DNA of 64,000 bases from an uncultured Verrucomicrobiota bacterium. GTDB lineage: Bacteria > Verrucomicrobiota > Verrucomicrobiia > Limisphaerales > J093. Shown piece by piece: positions 34,514 through 43,562 of this stretch. Positions within the stretch are counted from its first letter, which is position 1, and the number at the start of each line of letters is the position of its first letter. The notes beneath the pieces are model-generated. The model made no database searches. It saw nothing but the letters and a program-made list of their open reading frames with translations, and was not told where the DNA came from. The stretch spans positions 3,155 to 67,154 of the forward strand of contig CAYPNF010000003.1 in assembly GCA_964411985.1 (NCBI GenBank), given 5' to 3'. A program made the translations under genes and the position numbers.

Positions 34514-35794
34514 CTAGTTCTTTTTACCCTTCACCGACGCAGGCGAGGAATTCGTGGGTTTCTGTTTAAAGGCCCCTCGCATGAACCAATGGCGTTTAAA
34601 GCCCTCCACCAGCTGGTCAGTGTGCACAAGCAGGTCGTAAACCGCTGTGACCAGGTTGGTGTTAGATTGCACCTGAGTGTTCAAGTTGCTCATCACCGCG
34701 GAGAGACTCTGCATCGGCTGCTGCAGCTGGGCCACCACCTGGATCAGGTTGGTGTTTGCCGCAGCCAGCGTGGCGCTCGCGTTGGTCAACGTGCCGTTGG
34801 CATTCGTCAAAGCAATCAGGAACTCGCGATTCAAGTTGGTCGGTAAGATCCAGTCCCCCAGTGAACCTTGCGGATTCTTCAGGTTCTCGCTAATCACCGC
34901 GGCGTTGGCGAGAATAGGCCTAGACTGTACCAGCAGTACATCCGCATTGGCGGTTACGCTCACCAGATTGGATAGGAGTGCTCCGATCTGATTCGTCATC
35001 GCGAAGACCCCGGGAAGCGCGGCCTGAGCGTTAGTCACCAGGCTCTGCAGCTGCTCCGTAAGCGCGGGAGATTCCTCGGGAGGCAGCCGGCAAAGGTCCT
35101 TCTTCCCACGATAGGGCCTGTAGACCTCGCCCAGGAAATCGTAAGCGTAGGTAGGGACCGGCCGGGTAAAGGCCTTGTTGACCAACTCCACCTTCTCTAC
35201 GCCGGCTGCCTGCACTTCCTGAAGTGCCTGGGGATTGGCCTGCCGGAGGCTGCCTGCAACCAGAACTTTGTTGCCGGAGTTGGTGGCATAAACGTTGTTC
35301 AAGAAATGACGGTTGGTCAGATCAGAAAGAGCCATGGCGTTTGCCACCGACCATTCTGTTCCCTCCCAGAAAAGGTAGGTAGGCATGTAATTGTAGCCCT
35401 TGGTAACCTCGAGCGAGCGCTTCCCCAGAAAATCGGCCGCCGAAACGCGAGCGTACGTGCCACGAGTCCAAAGATAGCCGTAGTAGGGTTCATTGATAGT
35501 GAACTCCACGTAGACGTTGAAGATCTCGCTGGGATCAAGGGTGTCGATCCTCGAGATTTCGCCCACATCAAATCCCATGAGACGCACGGGATCCCCCACC
35601 TTCAACCCAGCCGCTGAATACAACTCGGTGTAATAGGACAGTTTCAGCTTGAACCAGCCTTTTCGCTGGGCAGTGTGGTAGAAGTAATAGCAGAAGCCGG
35701 TCAGCAACAGCAGGGTGGCCAGGACGACAAAGAGCCCCACCATCTTTTCCACACGACTGAGCCGGGTTCGCAGCTGAGGTGTTAGGTCTTGCAA
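34514..35794 (-). CDS. mlaD: MlaD/MCE-domain protein with long helical C-terminal extension
   Basis: RVEKMVGLFVVLATLLLL (TM) is followed by an MCE core (GLKVGDPVRLMGFDVGEISRI). The C-terminal half is rich in Asn, Gln, Leu and Thr and looks helical. The start is TTG 35794 or ATG 35743. Confidence 0.8.
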   Translation of the reverse strand: MQDLTPQLRTRLSRVEKMVGLFVVLATLLLLTGFCYYFYHTAQRKGWFKLKLSYYTELYSAAGLKVGDPVRLMGFDVGEISRIDTLDPSEIFNVYVEFTINEPYYGYLWTRGTYARVSAADFLGKRSLEVTKGYNYMPTYLFWEGTEWSVANAMALSDLTNRHFLNNVYATNSGNKVLVAGSLRQANPQALQEVQAAGVEKVELVNKAFTRPVPTYAYDFLGEVYRPYRGKKDLCRLPPEESPALTEQLQSLVTNAQAALPGVFAMTNQIGALLSNLVSVTANADVLLVQSRPILANAAVISENLKNPQGSLGDWILPTNLNREFLIALTNANGTLTNASATLAAANTNLIQVVAQLQQPMQSLSAVMSNLNTQVQSNTNLVTAVYDLLVHTDQLVEGFKRHWFMRGAFKQKPTNSSPASVKGKKN

Positions 35795-35806
35795 AACAGG
35801 GTTAGT

Positions 35807-36625
35807 TTAATGGTTTGCCTGCGGCTCCGCCAGAAGTTCCCTCACCCAGGGATCCTCAGAGGCGGTCACCTCGGACGCCCCCCCCAACGGCAGAAATCGG
35901 CGGTCCTTCAAAATTGCGAAGTGGCTGGCAGCACCCAGCCACGGACGGAGGTCTTCCACCGCTACCACCAAGGTCAATGGACGACCTTGGAGGACGGGGT
36001 GCCCCTGGCAGAGGTCCTCCAACGCAGTCATCCACCACCGCGCCTGACGCGCATCCAGCGAAGCAGTTGGTTCGTCCATCAAGAGCAGCTCTGGCCCCAC
36101 AGCCAAAGCCCGCGCGAGCGCCACCCGCTGACTCCAGGCACGTTTTAGATGCCATGGCTGCCAGGCAAGGCAGTGGGCGAGCCCAGTCATCTCCAGCAAA
36201 GGTCCCAATTGGCCGTAGCTTTCCTCCAGCGAACAATTTCGATGGTAGCACAGGGGAAGCGCAATATTCTGCAGAACGTTCAGGTGGTTGATGAGCCGCC
36301 CCCCCTCCGAGTAGACAAAGCCAATTCGCCGGCGCGCGGCAGCCAACTCCTGGTCCGACATCTTGCCCATCTCCCTGCCAAACAGCCTGCATTCTCCCGA
36401 AGCCATCGGGGTCAAGCCCGCCACCGCTTCCAGCAATTCGCTCTTGCCCGTCCCCGGCATCCCTCCCACTACCCAGAACTCCCCCCGATGAACCTCCCAC
36501 GCCACGTTCTCCAACAAGGCCTGATCTCCACCTCTCGGAGCTCTCAACGTCACCCCTCGGAGCCAGAGCAGGAAATCGCCCGCAGCAGCAGAATCATCGG
36601 ACGTAACTGGCTGAGAGTTCGGCAT
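35807..36625 (-). CDS. mlaF: MlaF-like ABC ATPase with degenerate Q-loop, signature and H-loop
   Basis: Walker A (GMPGTGKSELL) and Walker B (LLLMDEP) are intact. The signature position reads LKRAW and the H-loop position reads VED. ATG 36625 was chosen because the track start at 36766 would overlap mlaE. Confidence 0.8.
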   Translation of the reverse strand: MPNSQPVTSDDSAAAGDFLLWLRGVTLRAPRGGDQALLENVAWEVHRGEFWVVGGMPGTGKSELLEAVAGLTPMASGECRLFGREMGKMSDQELAAARRRIGFVYSEGGRLINHLNVLQNIALPLCYHRNCSLEESYGQLGPLLEMTGLAHCLAWQPWHLKRAWSQRVALARALAVGPELLLMDEPTASLDARQARWWMTALEDLCQGHPVLQGRPLTLVVAVEDLRPWLGAASHFAILKDRRFLPLGGASEVTASEDPWVRELLAEPQANH

Positions 36626-36633
36626 GAAGGAAC

Positions 36634-37494
36634 TTAGATGGCCAGATAGACCAGGATGAAGCACGCGTCCAGCATCACGCAGCAGACGGTGCTGGCAACC
36701 ACCGCGGAAGTCGTGGCCTGAGCCACATCCGCCAACTCCAGCGGCCGAGCTAAGCCCTGGTAGCAAGTCACTACCGCGATGATCGAACCGAAGCTCACGG
36801 TTTTCAGCCCGAGAAGCACAAAGTCCTGCCAGGTGAGCGCTAGAGCCAATTGCTTGAAGTACTCCCCCGGTAACACCGGCACATCCTGCAGAAAGGCGAA
36901 AAGATAGCCGCTCAGGATCGCACCCAGGATTAAATAGGACGTCAATGCAGCCACCGAGGCAGCGATCCCAAAAACGCGCGGCACTACCAAGTAATGAATC
37001 GGGTCAATCGCCAAGGCCTCCAACGCTTCCACCTCGCCCATCGCTCGCGCAGTACCCAGTTCGATCACCGTAGCCGTGCCCACCCTCATCAGCACCACCA
37101 AGGCCGTCACCAACGGACCCAGTTCGCGGACGACGACCGTGACCATGATGGTTCCGATCATGTCCTGTGCACCCACTTGGGTGAGCAGGGCCACCGTTTG
37201 CCCAACCACCACAAAGCCCAGGGCAAAGGCAAGAAACCCAACCATAGGAAGCAAATGGATGCCTGACTTGGCAATCTGCGACCGGATGAGAGGGCGAATC
37301 ACGGCCGGAGCCTCCCCCGACTTCGTGACCACCACTCCCAAGGTGATCAACGCAAAGGAAACAATACCTCGGGCGGTTTCGCCAAGACCGAGCAAGAGCC
37401 GGCCCACCGGACGAATATATGACCTCGGGAGCGGAGCCTCCAGCACCTGCTCGAGATTCATCAGCTCGCGGACTTTCGCGAAACCTCTATCCAC
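36634..37494 (-). CDS. mlaE: MlaE-like ABC transporter permease
   Basis: Multi-TM protein of about 280 aa, directly upstream of the ATPase and MCE genes. The sequence resembles MlaE/Ttg2B (VVRELGPLVTALVVLMRVGTA..). Confidence 0.85.
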   Translation of the reverse strand: MDRGFAKVRELMNLEQVLEAPLPRSYIRPVGRLLLGLGETARGIVSFALITLGVVVTKSGEAPAVIRPLIRSQIAKSGIHLLPMVGFLAFALGFVVVGQTVALLTQVGAQDMIGTIMVTVVVRELGPLVTALVVLMRVGTATVIELGTARAMGEVEALEALAIDPIHYLVVPRVFGIAASVAALTSYLILGAILSGYLFAFLQDVPVLPGEYFKQLALALTWQDFVLLGLKTVSFGSIIAVVTCYQGLARPLELADVAQATTSAVVASTVCCVMLDACFILVYLAI

Positions 37495-37539
37495 GAGCCC
37501 ACCATAGTCAGCGCACGCCGGAGGGTCAAACGCTTTGCT

Positions 37540-38445
37540 TCATGGGCCGGGACCCAACGGGGCAATGGCAGTCCATTCGCGAGTGCCATACTGTTCGCCG
37601 AATGCCTGCAATAGACCTCGGGCCGAGGCCTCGCTAGGCATGATCGCAAAAGTGGTGGAACCACTTCCAGACATCAGGGTCACGACCGCCCCGTGAGAGC
37701 GCAGGAAATCCTGATAGACGGAAAGGATGGGGTATTTGTGGAGAACCGGCGCTTCCAGAGCGTTGTAGAAAAGCGGCGCTGCGGATGACAGACCTCCTGT
37801 CTGAAGCGCTTCGATGAGCTCCAGTGCTCGCCCGGGGCGTCCAGCGAGTGCCTGAGGAAAACGCGCTAGGTTTTGGTAAGCCCACGGAGTCGAAACCCCA
37901 AATCCAGGGCGAACCAGAAAGATCCAGGTGTCGGCCAACGCCGCAAAGGGCACGAGGGGGGTAATGACCTCTCCTCGCCCCGTTCCCAGGGAAGGTGTGC
38001 CACGCAGAAAGAACGGCACATCGGACCCCAGGCTTCGCGCGATCCCATCAATGCGCTCCAGGGACAGAGGAAAGCCATGAAGTTGATTCAACCCCAGCAG
38101 TGTGGTGGCCGCGTTGCCGCTCCCTCCCCCGAGGCCTGCAGCCAAGGGAATCCGTTTCTCCAAGTGAATGCGTATGGAGGCAGACAAGCCCGCTTCCGCA
38201 TAGAAGGCCTCGGCAGCTCGGTACACCAGGTTGGAGGCATCACAAAGTAATCCGGGATTACTACAGGTCAATTCCACTCCCTCTCCCCCCTCCTCTAAGA
38301 TAAGGGTATCGCAAATAGGAATCGGCTGCATGACAGTCTCCAGCTCATGAAACCCGTCCTGACGTTTCCCGAGGATGTTGAGGATCAGGTTGACTTTGCA
38401 GGGCGACTGCAACTGGAGGGGCATAAACAAAAAGGGCGCCAACAT
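37540..38445 (-). CDS. ispE: 4-diphosphocytidyl-2-C-methyl-D-erythritol kinase
   Basis: CKVNLILNILGKRQDGFHELETVM plus the GHMP motif (AAGLGGGSGNAATTL). Confidence 0.9.
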   Translation of the reverse strand: MLAPFLFMPLQLQSPCKVNLILNILGKRQDGFHELETVMQPIPICDTLILEEGGEGVELTCSNPGLLCDASNLVYRAAEAFYAEAGLSASIRIHLEKRIPLAAGLGGGSGNAATTLLGLNQLHGFPLSLERIDGIARSLGSDVPFFLRGTPSLGTGRGEVITPLVPFAALADTWIFLVRPGFGVSTPWAYQNLARFPQALAGRPGRALELIEALQTGGLSSAAPLFYNALEAPVLHKYPILSVYQDFLRSHGAVVTLMSGSGSTTFAIMPSEASARGLLQAFGEQYGTREWTAIAPLGPGP

Positions 38446-38477
38446 GGGAGATGCCGGCGCCCGAGGAGAAAGGGATC

Positions 38478-38936
38478 CTAGTAATCGAAAATGTGAAATC
38501 GGCTGCCAGGAATAAAAGGTGCCACGTCACCACCGCTAAAGCCGAGAGCGGTATCCGTCTGGAAGGTCGTGTCGGAGAGCAGCAGCGGCTTGTAGCTATC
38601 CGGATAAACGGGGCCCACCGTGGCATCAGGCATGAGGGGGTTACCCGGCTTCAAATACGGATCGTAACTGGGGATGGGAAATGTCGCGATTTCAAACGCC
38701 CCCACCGTGGTTCGAATCAGGCTGCGGTTGAAACCTTTGATGAAACCAGTGGTGTAGGCGGTGGCAGGGCCATCCCAGAGAGCGCTCTGTTCCACCGTTC
38801 GCCGGATCTCGCCCATGCGGACGAATTCGGTGGCATTGTTGATGCCACGTCCCAGTTTCTTCTCAGGGCCAGAGCAGCCAACGGCTAGAAAGGCAACCAC
38901 AGCGGAGGAGGCTACGAGTAAAAGCTTGCTTCGCAT
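38478..38936 (-). CDS. exosortase-system-associated protein, TIGR04073-like lipoprotein
   Basis: Lipobox (FLAVGCSG). KLGRGINNATEF..GFIKGFNRSLIRTTVGAFEIATFPIP resembles the TIGR04073 pattern as I recall it from memory. Confidence 0.5.
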   Translation of the reverse strand: MRSKLLLVASSAVVAFLAVGCSGPEKKLGRGINNATEFVRMGEIRRTVEQSALWDGPATAYTTGFIKGFNRSLIRTTVGAFEIATFPIPSYDPYLKPGNPLMPDATVGPVYPDSYKPLLLSDTTFQTDTALGFSGGDVAPFIPGSRFHIFDY

Positions 38937-39023
38937 AAAGTCAATCGGTTGATCCGAAGGTTATCGGTCATTCAAGACTTGTAAAGGTCTTTTCGCTAAA
39001 CACCGCATTTCTTGGGCCAAGAA

Positions 39024-40028
39024 CTATCCGGCGGCTTCGCTTTTCTTACGTTCCTGCCGCTCCCAGTACCACGCAATCCAAACGCTGATCTCGTACAGGA
39101 TTTGAAGCGGGATGAACATCATGACCTGGGTGAGCACCTCGGGGGTTGTCAAGAGCGCCCCTAGGATCAGGTTCACAATGATCATGTACCGCCGAAAAGA
39201 GGCCAGCTTCTGGTAATCTAGCAAACCGATCCTGACCAGAGCCAAGATCACCACCGGCATCTCAAAGCCCAATCCCATCCCCAGCATAAACTTCGTGACG
39301 AAGCTGAAGTAAGTCTCTGCCCGCCAATCGGGCATCTGGATTCCCATCCAGTTCGAGTAAGCCTCCGCAGCCCGTAGCGCCAAGGGCATGATCCCGAAAT
39401 AGCAGAAGCATACTCCTGTCATGAATAGAAGTACTCCCACAGCGAATGCTCGGAGGAAGACTCTCTTTTCTTTGATTTTCAACGCGGGAACGAGGAACTG
39501 TCCGACGTAGTAAAAAACGAAGGGGGCAGCCAGCAACATGCCTGCAAAAAAGGCGATGTGCAGCGACGAAACGAAGGGAGCCGCAGGATCCAGGTAGATC
39601 AGGTCAGGGCCCTTCCCCAGCACCACGTTCCCCGGCGAGTTGGTGGCCAACTTCAAGGTTAAGACGCTGTTCGTCCCGATGGCGACCGGCTCCAGGCTCA
39701 GGTTCACACTCCTTTGACCGACCCCTAAGCTCAAATCCCCAAATTGATTGTTGGTAGTGAAAAAGGAACCGAACTTGTTCGTACCCAGAAGGAGGTTCAC
39801 CTGGGTTCCAGCCGGAACATCCAGAAGTCGAGCACGTTCCAAAGGCCACTTCAGAATCGCAACAACTTTGTTGACCGCCAGCAAACAAACGGTCATAGCG
39901 ACCAGAACCGCAATGGAAACCTTGATCAAGACCCAACGCAGGTCTTCCAAGTGCTCCAAAAACGATTTTACTGGACCACCACCCTCCTCTTCGGCGTCGG
40001 GTTGTGGCAGGTCGGCTGGATCGGACAT
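39024..40028 (-). CDS. tatC: twin-arginine translocase subunit TatC (with enlarged first periplasmic loop)
   Basis: FLEHLEDLRWVLIKVSIAVLV..FVGQFLVPAL..EVLTQVMMFIPLQILYEISVWIAWY. It is 334 aa against the roughly 250 aa typical for TatC. Confidence 0.9.
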   Translation of the reverse strand: MSDPADLPQPDAEEEGGGPVKSFLEHLEDLRWVLIKVSIAVLVAMTVCLLAVNKVVAILKWPLERARLLDVPAGTQVNLLLGTNKFGSFFTTNNQFGDLSLGVGQRSVNLSLEPVAIGTNSVLTLKLATNSPGNVVLGKGPDLIYLDPAAPFVSSLHIAFFAGMLLAAPFVFYYVGQFLVPALKIKEKRVFLRAFAVGVLLFMTGVCFCYFGIMPLALRAAEAYSNWMGIQMPDWRAETYFSFVTKFMLGMGLGFEMPVVILALVRIGLLDYQKLASFRRYMIIVNLILGALLTTPEVLTQVMMFIPLQILYEISVWIAWYWERQERKKSEAAG

Positions 40029-40052
40029 GAGGGATTGGACGCCTAGCCTTGA

Positions 40053-40361
40053 CTAGGCTTTGGCCGCGGGTTGCTCCGAGCCAGACTTGGGGGCAGACTC
40101 TGCTTCGACTGAAACCGTCTTAGCCTCTGCAGGAGGAGCATACGGCGGCGGGGGGGGAGGAACTGGATGATTCTCCTGCCCAGCCCTTTCGATTTCGTCC
40201 TGAACTTCCCGAGAGGCCTTCTTAAATTCTTTGATCCCCTGCCCCAGACCTTTGGCAAAGTCAGGAATTTTCTTTGCTCCGAATAGAATCAGGATTGCAG
40301 CCACGACCAAAATCATCTCACCGCCACTGAGACCAAGAACTGCTAGCATCGAATATGTCAT
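40053..40361 (-). CDS. tatA: twin-arginine translocase subunit TatA (long form)
   Basis: MTYSMLAVLGLSGGEMILVVAAILILFGAKKIPDFAKGLGQGIKEFKKAS followed by a Pro-rich tail. Confidence 0.9.
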   Translation of the reverse strand: MTYSMLAVLGLSGGEMILVVAAILILFGAKKIPDFAKGLGQGIKEFKKASREVQDEIERAGQENHPVPPPPPPYAPPAEAKTVSVEAESAPKSGSEQPAAKA

Positions 40362-40377
40362 ACGGTATCAGACGAAA

Positions 40378-40545
40378 TCAGGACTTATCAGCTTCACGGG
40401 ATGCCTTCCTAAACTCCTTAATCCCTTGGCCAAGACCCTTCGCAAATTCAGGTATCTTCCTGGCTCCAAACAAGATAACGAGTGCAACGGCAACCAAAAC
40501 AAGTTCTCCGCCGCTCAGGCCCATCACCGCAAACATTGTATTCAT
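40378..40545 (-). CDS. tatA: second TatA paralog, 55 aa (absent from the ORF track, which lists nothing shorter than 60 aa)
   Basis: Hand translation of the minus strand gives MNTMFAVMGLSGGELVLVAVALVILFGARKIPEFAKGLGQGIKEFRKASREADKS followed by a stop. The start is ATG 40545-40543 and the stop TGA 40380-40378. It lies 16 nt upstream of the longer tatA. Confidence 0.8.
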   Translation of the reverse strand: MNTMFAVMGLSGGELVLVAVALVILFGARKIPEFAKGLGQGIKEFRKASREADKS

Positions 40546-40558
40546 TAAGCTCAATTGG

Positions 40559-40608
40559 AGAAAAAACTAAGCCACGGTTTCTGATTAGTAAAGGAGCAAA
40601 ACCGTGGC
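40559..40608 (-). terminator. rho-independent terminator after pal
   Basis: On the minus strand, a 10-bp stem (gccacggttt / aaaccgtggc) with an 18-nt loop is followed by ttagttttttctc. Confidence 0.7.
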
Positions 40609-40689
40609 CTGAAGTGCAGAACCACCCAACAAGCACTCTGCTCGACCTGTGATTTTTTACGGGCAGACGAACAGAAGCTTCAAGCGCTG

Positions 40690-41352
40690 TTACTTGGGCA
40701 ACAAAAGGATGAACTCTCCGCGACGGTTCTTGGACCACGCAGCATCATCGTGGCCGGGGTCAGCCGGACGATCCTCGCCCCAACTACGCGTGCGGATCTT
40801 CTCGGCACCCACGCCGTAGGTCACCAAATACTCGCGAAGCGCTAAGGCACGCCGTTCACCCAGAGCACGGTTGTATTCCTCGGTACCGCGCTCGTCGCAA
40901 TGACCTTCAATCAGAAGCGCATTGGTCGGCTTCGCTTTCAGAGCGTCACCTACCGAATTCACCTTATCCAACTCACCCTGCTTCAATGTGTAGCTGTCGA
41001 AGTCAAAATAGACAGCGTAGGCTTGGAAGGCGGTGGGATCCATGCTGAAGCCCTCGAAGTCGCCCAGCGGAGCGGTTGGAATACCGCTTTCGGTCTTGCC
41101 TAGATCAATCTTGCTGGTTGTAGCACCGGGATCCCCGCCCAGCTGCCCACTGCGCGGGACCTGCCCGTCGCCACCCTGATTGCTCGGCCGAGTCACCTGA
41201 GGATTCGGCCCACCTCCGGTCGGCGCGGCAGCCACGCGGGAGGAGGGAATAGGGGTGACGGGTTTTGCGATCTTCTTGCCCTTACAGCCGGTGGCACCGA
41301 CGAGTAGGGCAAGGCCCAAAACGGAGAACTTGACGAGTACGGAGTGTTTCAT
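40690..41352 (-). CDS. pal: peptidoglycan-associated lipoprotein Pal (OmpA family)
   Basis: Lipobox (LLVGATGC) and an OmpA-like C terminus (YFDFDSYTLK..LLIEGHCDERGTEEYNRALGERRALALREYL). Confidence 0.9.
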   Translation of the reverse strand: MKHSVLVKFSVLGLALLVGATGCKGKKIAKPVTPIPSSRVAAAPTGGGPNPQVTRPSNQGGDGQVPRSGQLGGDPGATTSKIDLGKTESGIPTAPLGDFEGFSMDPTAFQAYAVYFDFDSYTLKQGELDKVNSVGDALKAKPTNALLIEGHCDERGTEEYNRALGERRALALREYLVTYGVGAEKIRTRSWGEDRPADPGHDDAAWSKNRRGEFILLLPK

Positions 41353-41382
41353 GGATGTGGACTAATCAAAAGCTGATAATCA

Positions 41383-42543
41383 TTATCTGGCCCAACTGGG
41401 CTGGGAACAAGTCCCCAAATTCTGGCCAATATCCTTGACTTGTTTGGTCGGCACGTCAAGCAAAGACAGAACCCGTTTACTGCCTGCTCTACGAGAGAAG
41501 ACGATCGTTCGCGAATTCGAAGCCCAAGAAGGATCCTCTCCCCCCACCATCACCTTAGCCTCTCCCCCTGAGGCGGGTACAACACAAATCTCAAACCCCC
41601 CCATCTGAGCGGTAAACGCAATGTATCGGCCGTCAGGCGACCAGTCGGGCTCCGTAGGATTGGAAACACCAGAAGTCGGGATGCGCTGCACCGCCCCTCC
41701 TTCGATGGAGACTTTCGCTAATACACGGCGACCCTCAATCCGGGTGGCGAAACACACGTACCGGCCGTCAGGAGACCATGTTGGGGATGACTCATCCTCC
41801 TTGGTTTTTGTAAGCTGCTTGAGATCAGAGCCATCGGCGTTGCAAATGTAAACGTCAGGACTCCCGCTCTTGCTGAGAATCATGGCCACTTTGCGACCGT
41901 CCTTGGATACCGCCGCGCTCGTGTTCAAGCCAGAATACCGCGCCACCGCGCTTCGGGCGCCGCTAGTCAGGTCGTGGCTGACAATATCCGGATTCCCCGC
42001 TTTGTAGGTGGTGTAGTAGAGCTTTCTCTGCCCTGGGACCCAGCAGGGAGCGGCCACCACAGACCCATCCTGGGTGAGAGCCACTGCAGAATTGCCGTCG
42101 TAATCCGATACATAGATCTCACTCGATTGCCCCTTGGTCACTTTGAAGGCGATTTTCGTCCGCGAAATCCCCTCCCGTCCAGTCACGGCTTGAATCACAT
42201 CATCCGCCAAAGCGTGTGCCTGAGTGCGGGACGATCCCCCACTGTAGGCTTTCGCAAGCAGGTTCGCCTGGTTCACGGCGTCGGTCAACCTTCCCTCCAC
42301 CTGCCCCCCATTCCCACCTTTCAGGAGGTATTGTGCTCGATCTTCACCAACCATCTCAAACCCTTGGATCTCAAGATCAAACCTAAGTACAGACAAGACC
42401 TCCGTGCTGTAGCCAGACATGGAGATAGGGATTCTTTTTATGCCCGACCCGATTCGATCGATGTTGTACTCGTCTGCGGCGTAACTGGATGCAACGAGGG
42501 TCGCCACCACCAAGAAGCCAAGTAACCTGTTCTTTAGGGTCAT
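41383..42543 (-). CDS. tolB: TolB-like beta-propeller protein
   Basis: Signal peptide plus repeated WSPDGR blades (PTWSPDGRYVCF, PDWSPDGRYIAF). Its start overlaps the stop of the upstream gene as ATGA. Confidence 0.85.
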   Translation of the reverse strand: MTLKNRLLGFLVVATLVASSYAADEYNIDRIGSGIKRIPISMSGYSTEVLSVLRFDLEIQGFEMVGEDRAQYLLKGGNGGQVEGRLTDAVNQANLLAKAYSGGSSRTQAHALADDVIQAVTGREGISRTKIAFKVTKGQSSEIYVSDYDGNSAVALTQDGSVVAAPCWVPGQRKLYYTTYKAGNPDIVSHDLTSGARSAVARYSGLNTSAAVSKDGRKVAMILSKSGSPDVYICNADGSDLKQLTKTKEDESSPTWSPDGRYVCFATRIEGRRVLAKVSIEGGAVQRIPTSGVSNPTEPDWSPDGRYIAFTAQMGGFEICVVPASGGEAKVMVGGEDPSWASNSRTIVFSRRAGSKRVLSLLDVPTKQVKDIGQNLGTCSQPSWAR

Positions 42544-43562
42544 CCGGAAGCTCTCTTTGCTTGAAGGTTAAAATTAATGTAAATTGTTCTTTGCTCCTCC
42601 TTGACTCCCTCAGGAAAGGAGCGGCCTATCGACTCAATCCGGTTGAGAGCGGACTGAACCGATTTGTCAAAAGCCACATTGCTTGACCTAGGTGGAACCA
42701 TCTGGGCACTAATGATTTTTCCATCCCGGGCAATCACGATCTTGGCCTTCACGCTTGCGGCACTGTCGGATATTTCGTCCGAAACACGCCAAGCACGATC
42801 GTAAAGGCTCACCACGTACTGGTCGTAGTTGGCATAGGTCTCGCCCCCGGGCCCAAAGGGGACAGCGCTGACGCCTCCTTTACTGAGTTTGCCCTGAAGT
42901 CCGCTGATGGCCCCCATAATCCTTTGTCTCTGGGCAGCGGCCGCGGCTTGTTGCGCGCGTACTCGCGAAGCCTCGGCTTCCGCCTCTGCTTGAGCTTGGG
43001 CCAGAGCTTGAGCACGAGCCAACTCTTCCTTCTGCTTAGTGTTCGAGCGAACCGCTGGCGTCAGGTTCACGTCCACTTTGCGTTTGGCAGTTGGCTTGGG
43101 CACCGGTTTGTCGGCAGGAAGCTTAGGGTCTCTTTCCGGTTCCGACGCCTTGGGTTCCTCGATCTTGGTCTCTTTCTTCTCTTTGACCTCGGGTTTGGGA
43201 GGAGGATCAGCGATCTTAGGCTTGGGAGGAGTGGGCTCCTTCTTTGGCTCAGGAACGGGGGGCACTGGCTGGGCAGGCTCAGGCTGAGGCTGTTTTGGTT
43301 GAGGCTGCGATGCCTGTGGCTGAGGGGGCGGGATCACTGGAGGAAGCGGCGTGTCCATCATCTTCGCATCACGGGGGGCATCGGGACTTCCTCCCCCCTT
43401 GGCGTCGCCATCAATCAAACGATCCGGAATGAACGTAAGCATCTCCACGGTCTCCACGGGCTCCCGCTTCTGGATAAAGCCTGAACCGATGAAGAACAGA
43501 ACGATCAAGATGCCGTGCAAGGCTGAGGACAGAACAACGCATCTCTTCTGTAAACCGTTCAT
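42540..43562 (-). CDS. TolA/TonB-family energy-transducer protein
   Basis: N-terminal TM (VVLSSALHGILIVLFFIGSGF), a Pro/Lys/Glu-rich linker and a TonB_C-like end. ATG 43562 overlaps the tolR stop as ATGA; the track start at 43619 would overlap tolR by 61 nt. Confidence 0.7.
   Translation of the reverse strand: MNGLQKRCVVLSSALHGILIVLFFIGSGFIQKREPVETVEMLTFIPDRLIDGDAKGGGSPDAPRDAKMMDTPLPPVIPPPQPQASQPQPKQPQPEPAQPVPPVPEPKKEPTPPKPKIADPPPKPEVKEKKETKIEEPKASEPERDPKLPADKPVPKPTAKRKVDVNLTPAVRSNTKQKEELARAQALAQAQAEAEAEASRVRAQQAAAAAQRQRIMGAISGLQGKLSKGGVSAVPFGPGGETYANYDQYVVSLYDRAWRVSDEISDSAASVKAKIVIARDGKIISAQMVPPRSSNVAFDKSVQSALNRIESIGRSFPEGVKEEQRTIYINFNLQAKRASG

Noticed and set aside
38961-38968. ACCGATAA box upstream of the TIGR04073-like gene as a sigma-28 promoter
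   Set aside because: The first base is wrong and the -35 position reads CTTT/TTAC rather than TAAA/TAAG. It has no functional link to motility.
40448-40738. 96-aa minus-strand ORF spanning the pal-tatA gap
   Set aside because: It overlaps the pal 3' end, runs through the pal terminator hairpin and lies out of frame over the genuine 55-aa tatA paralog.
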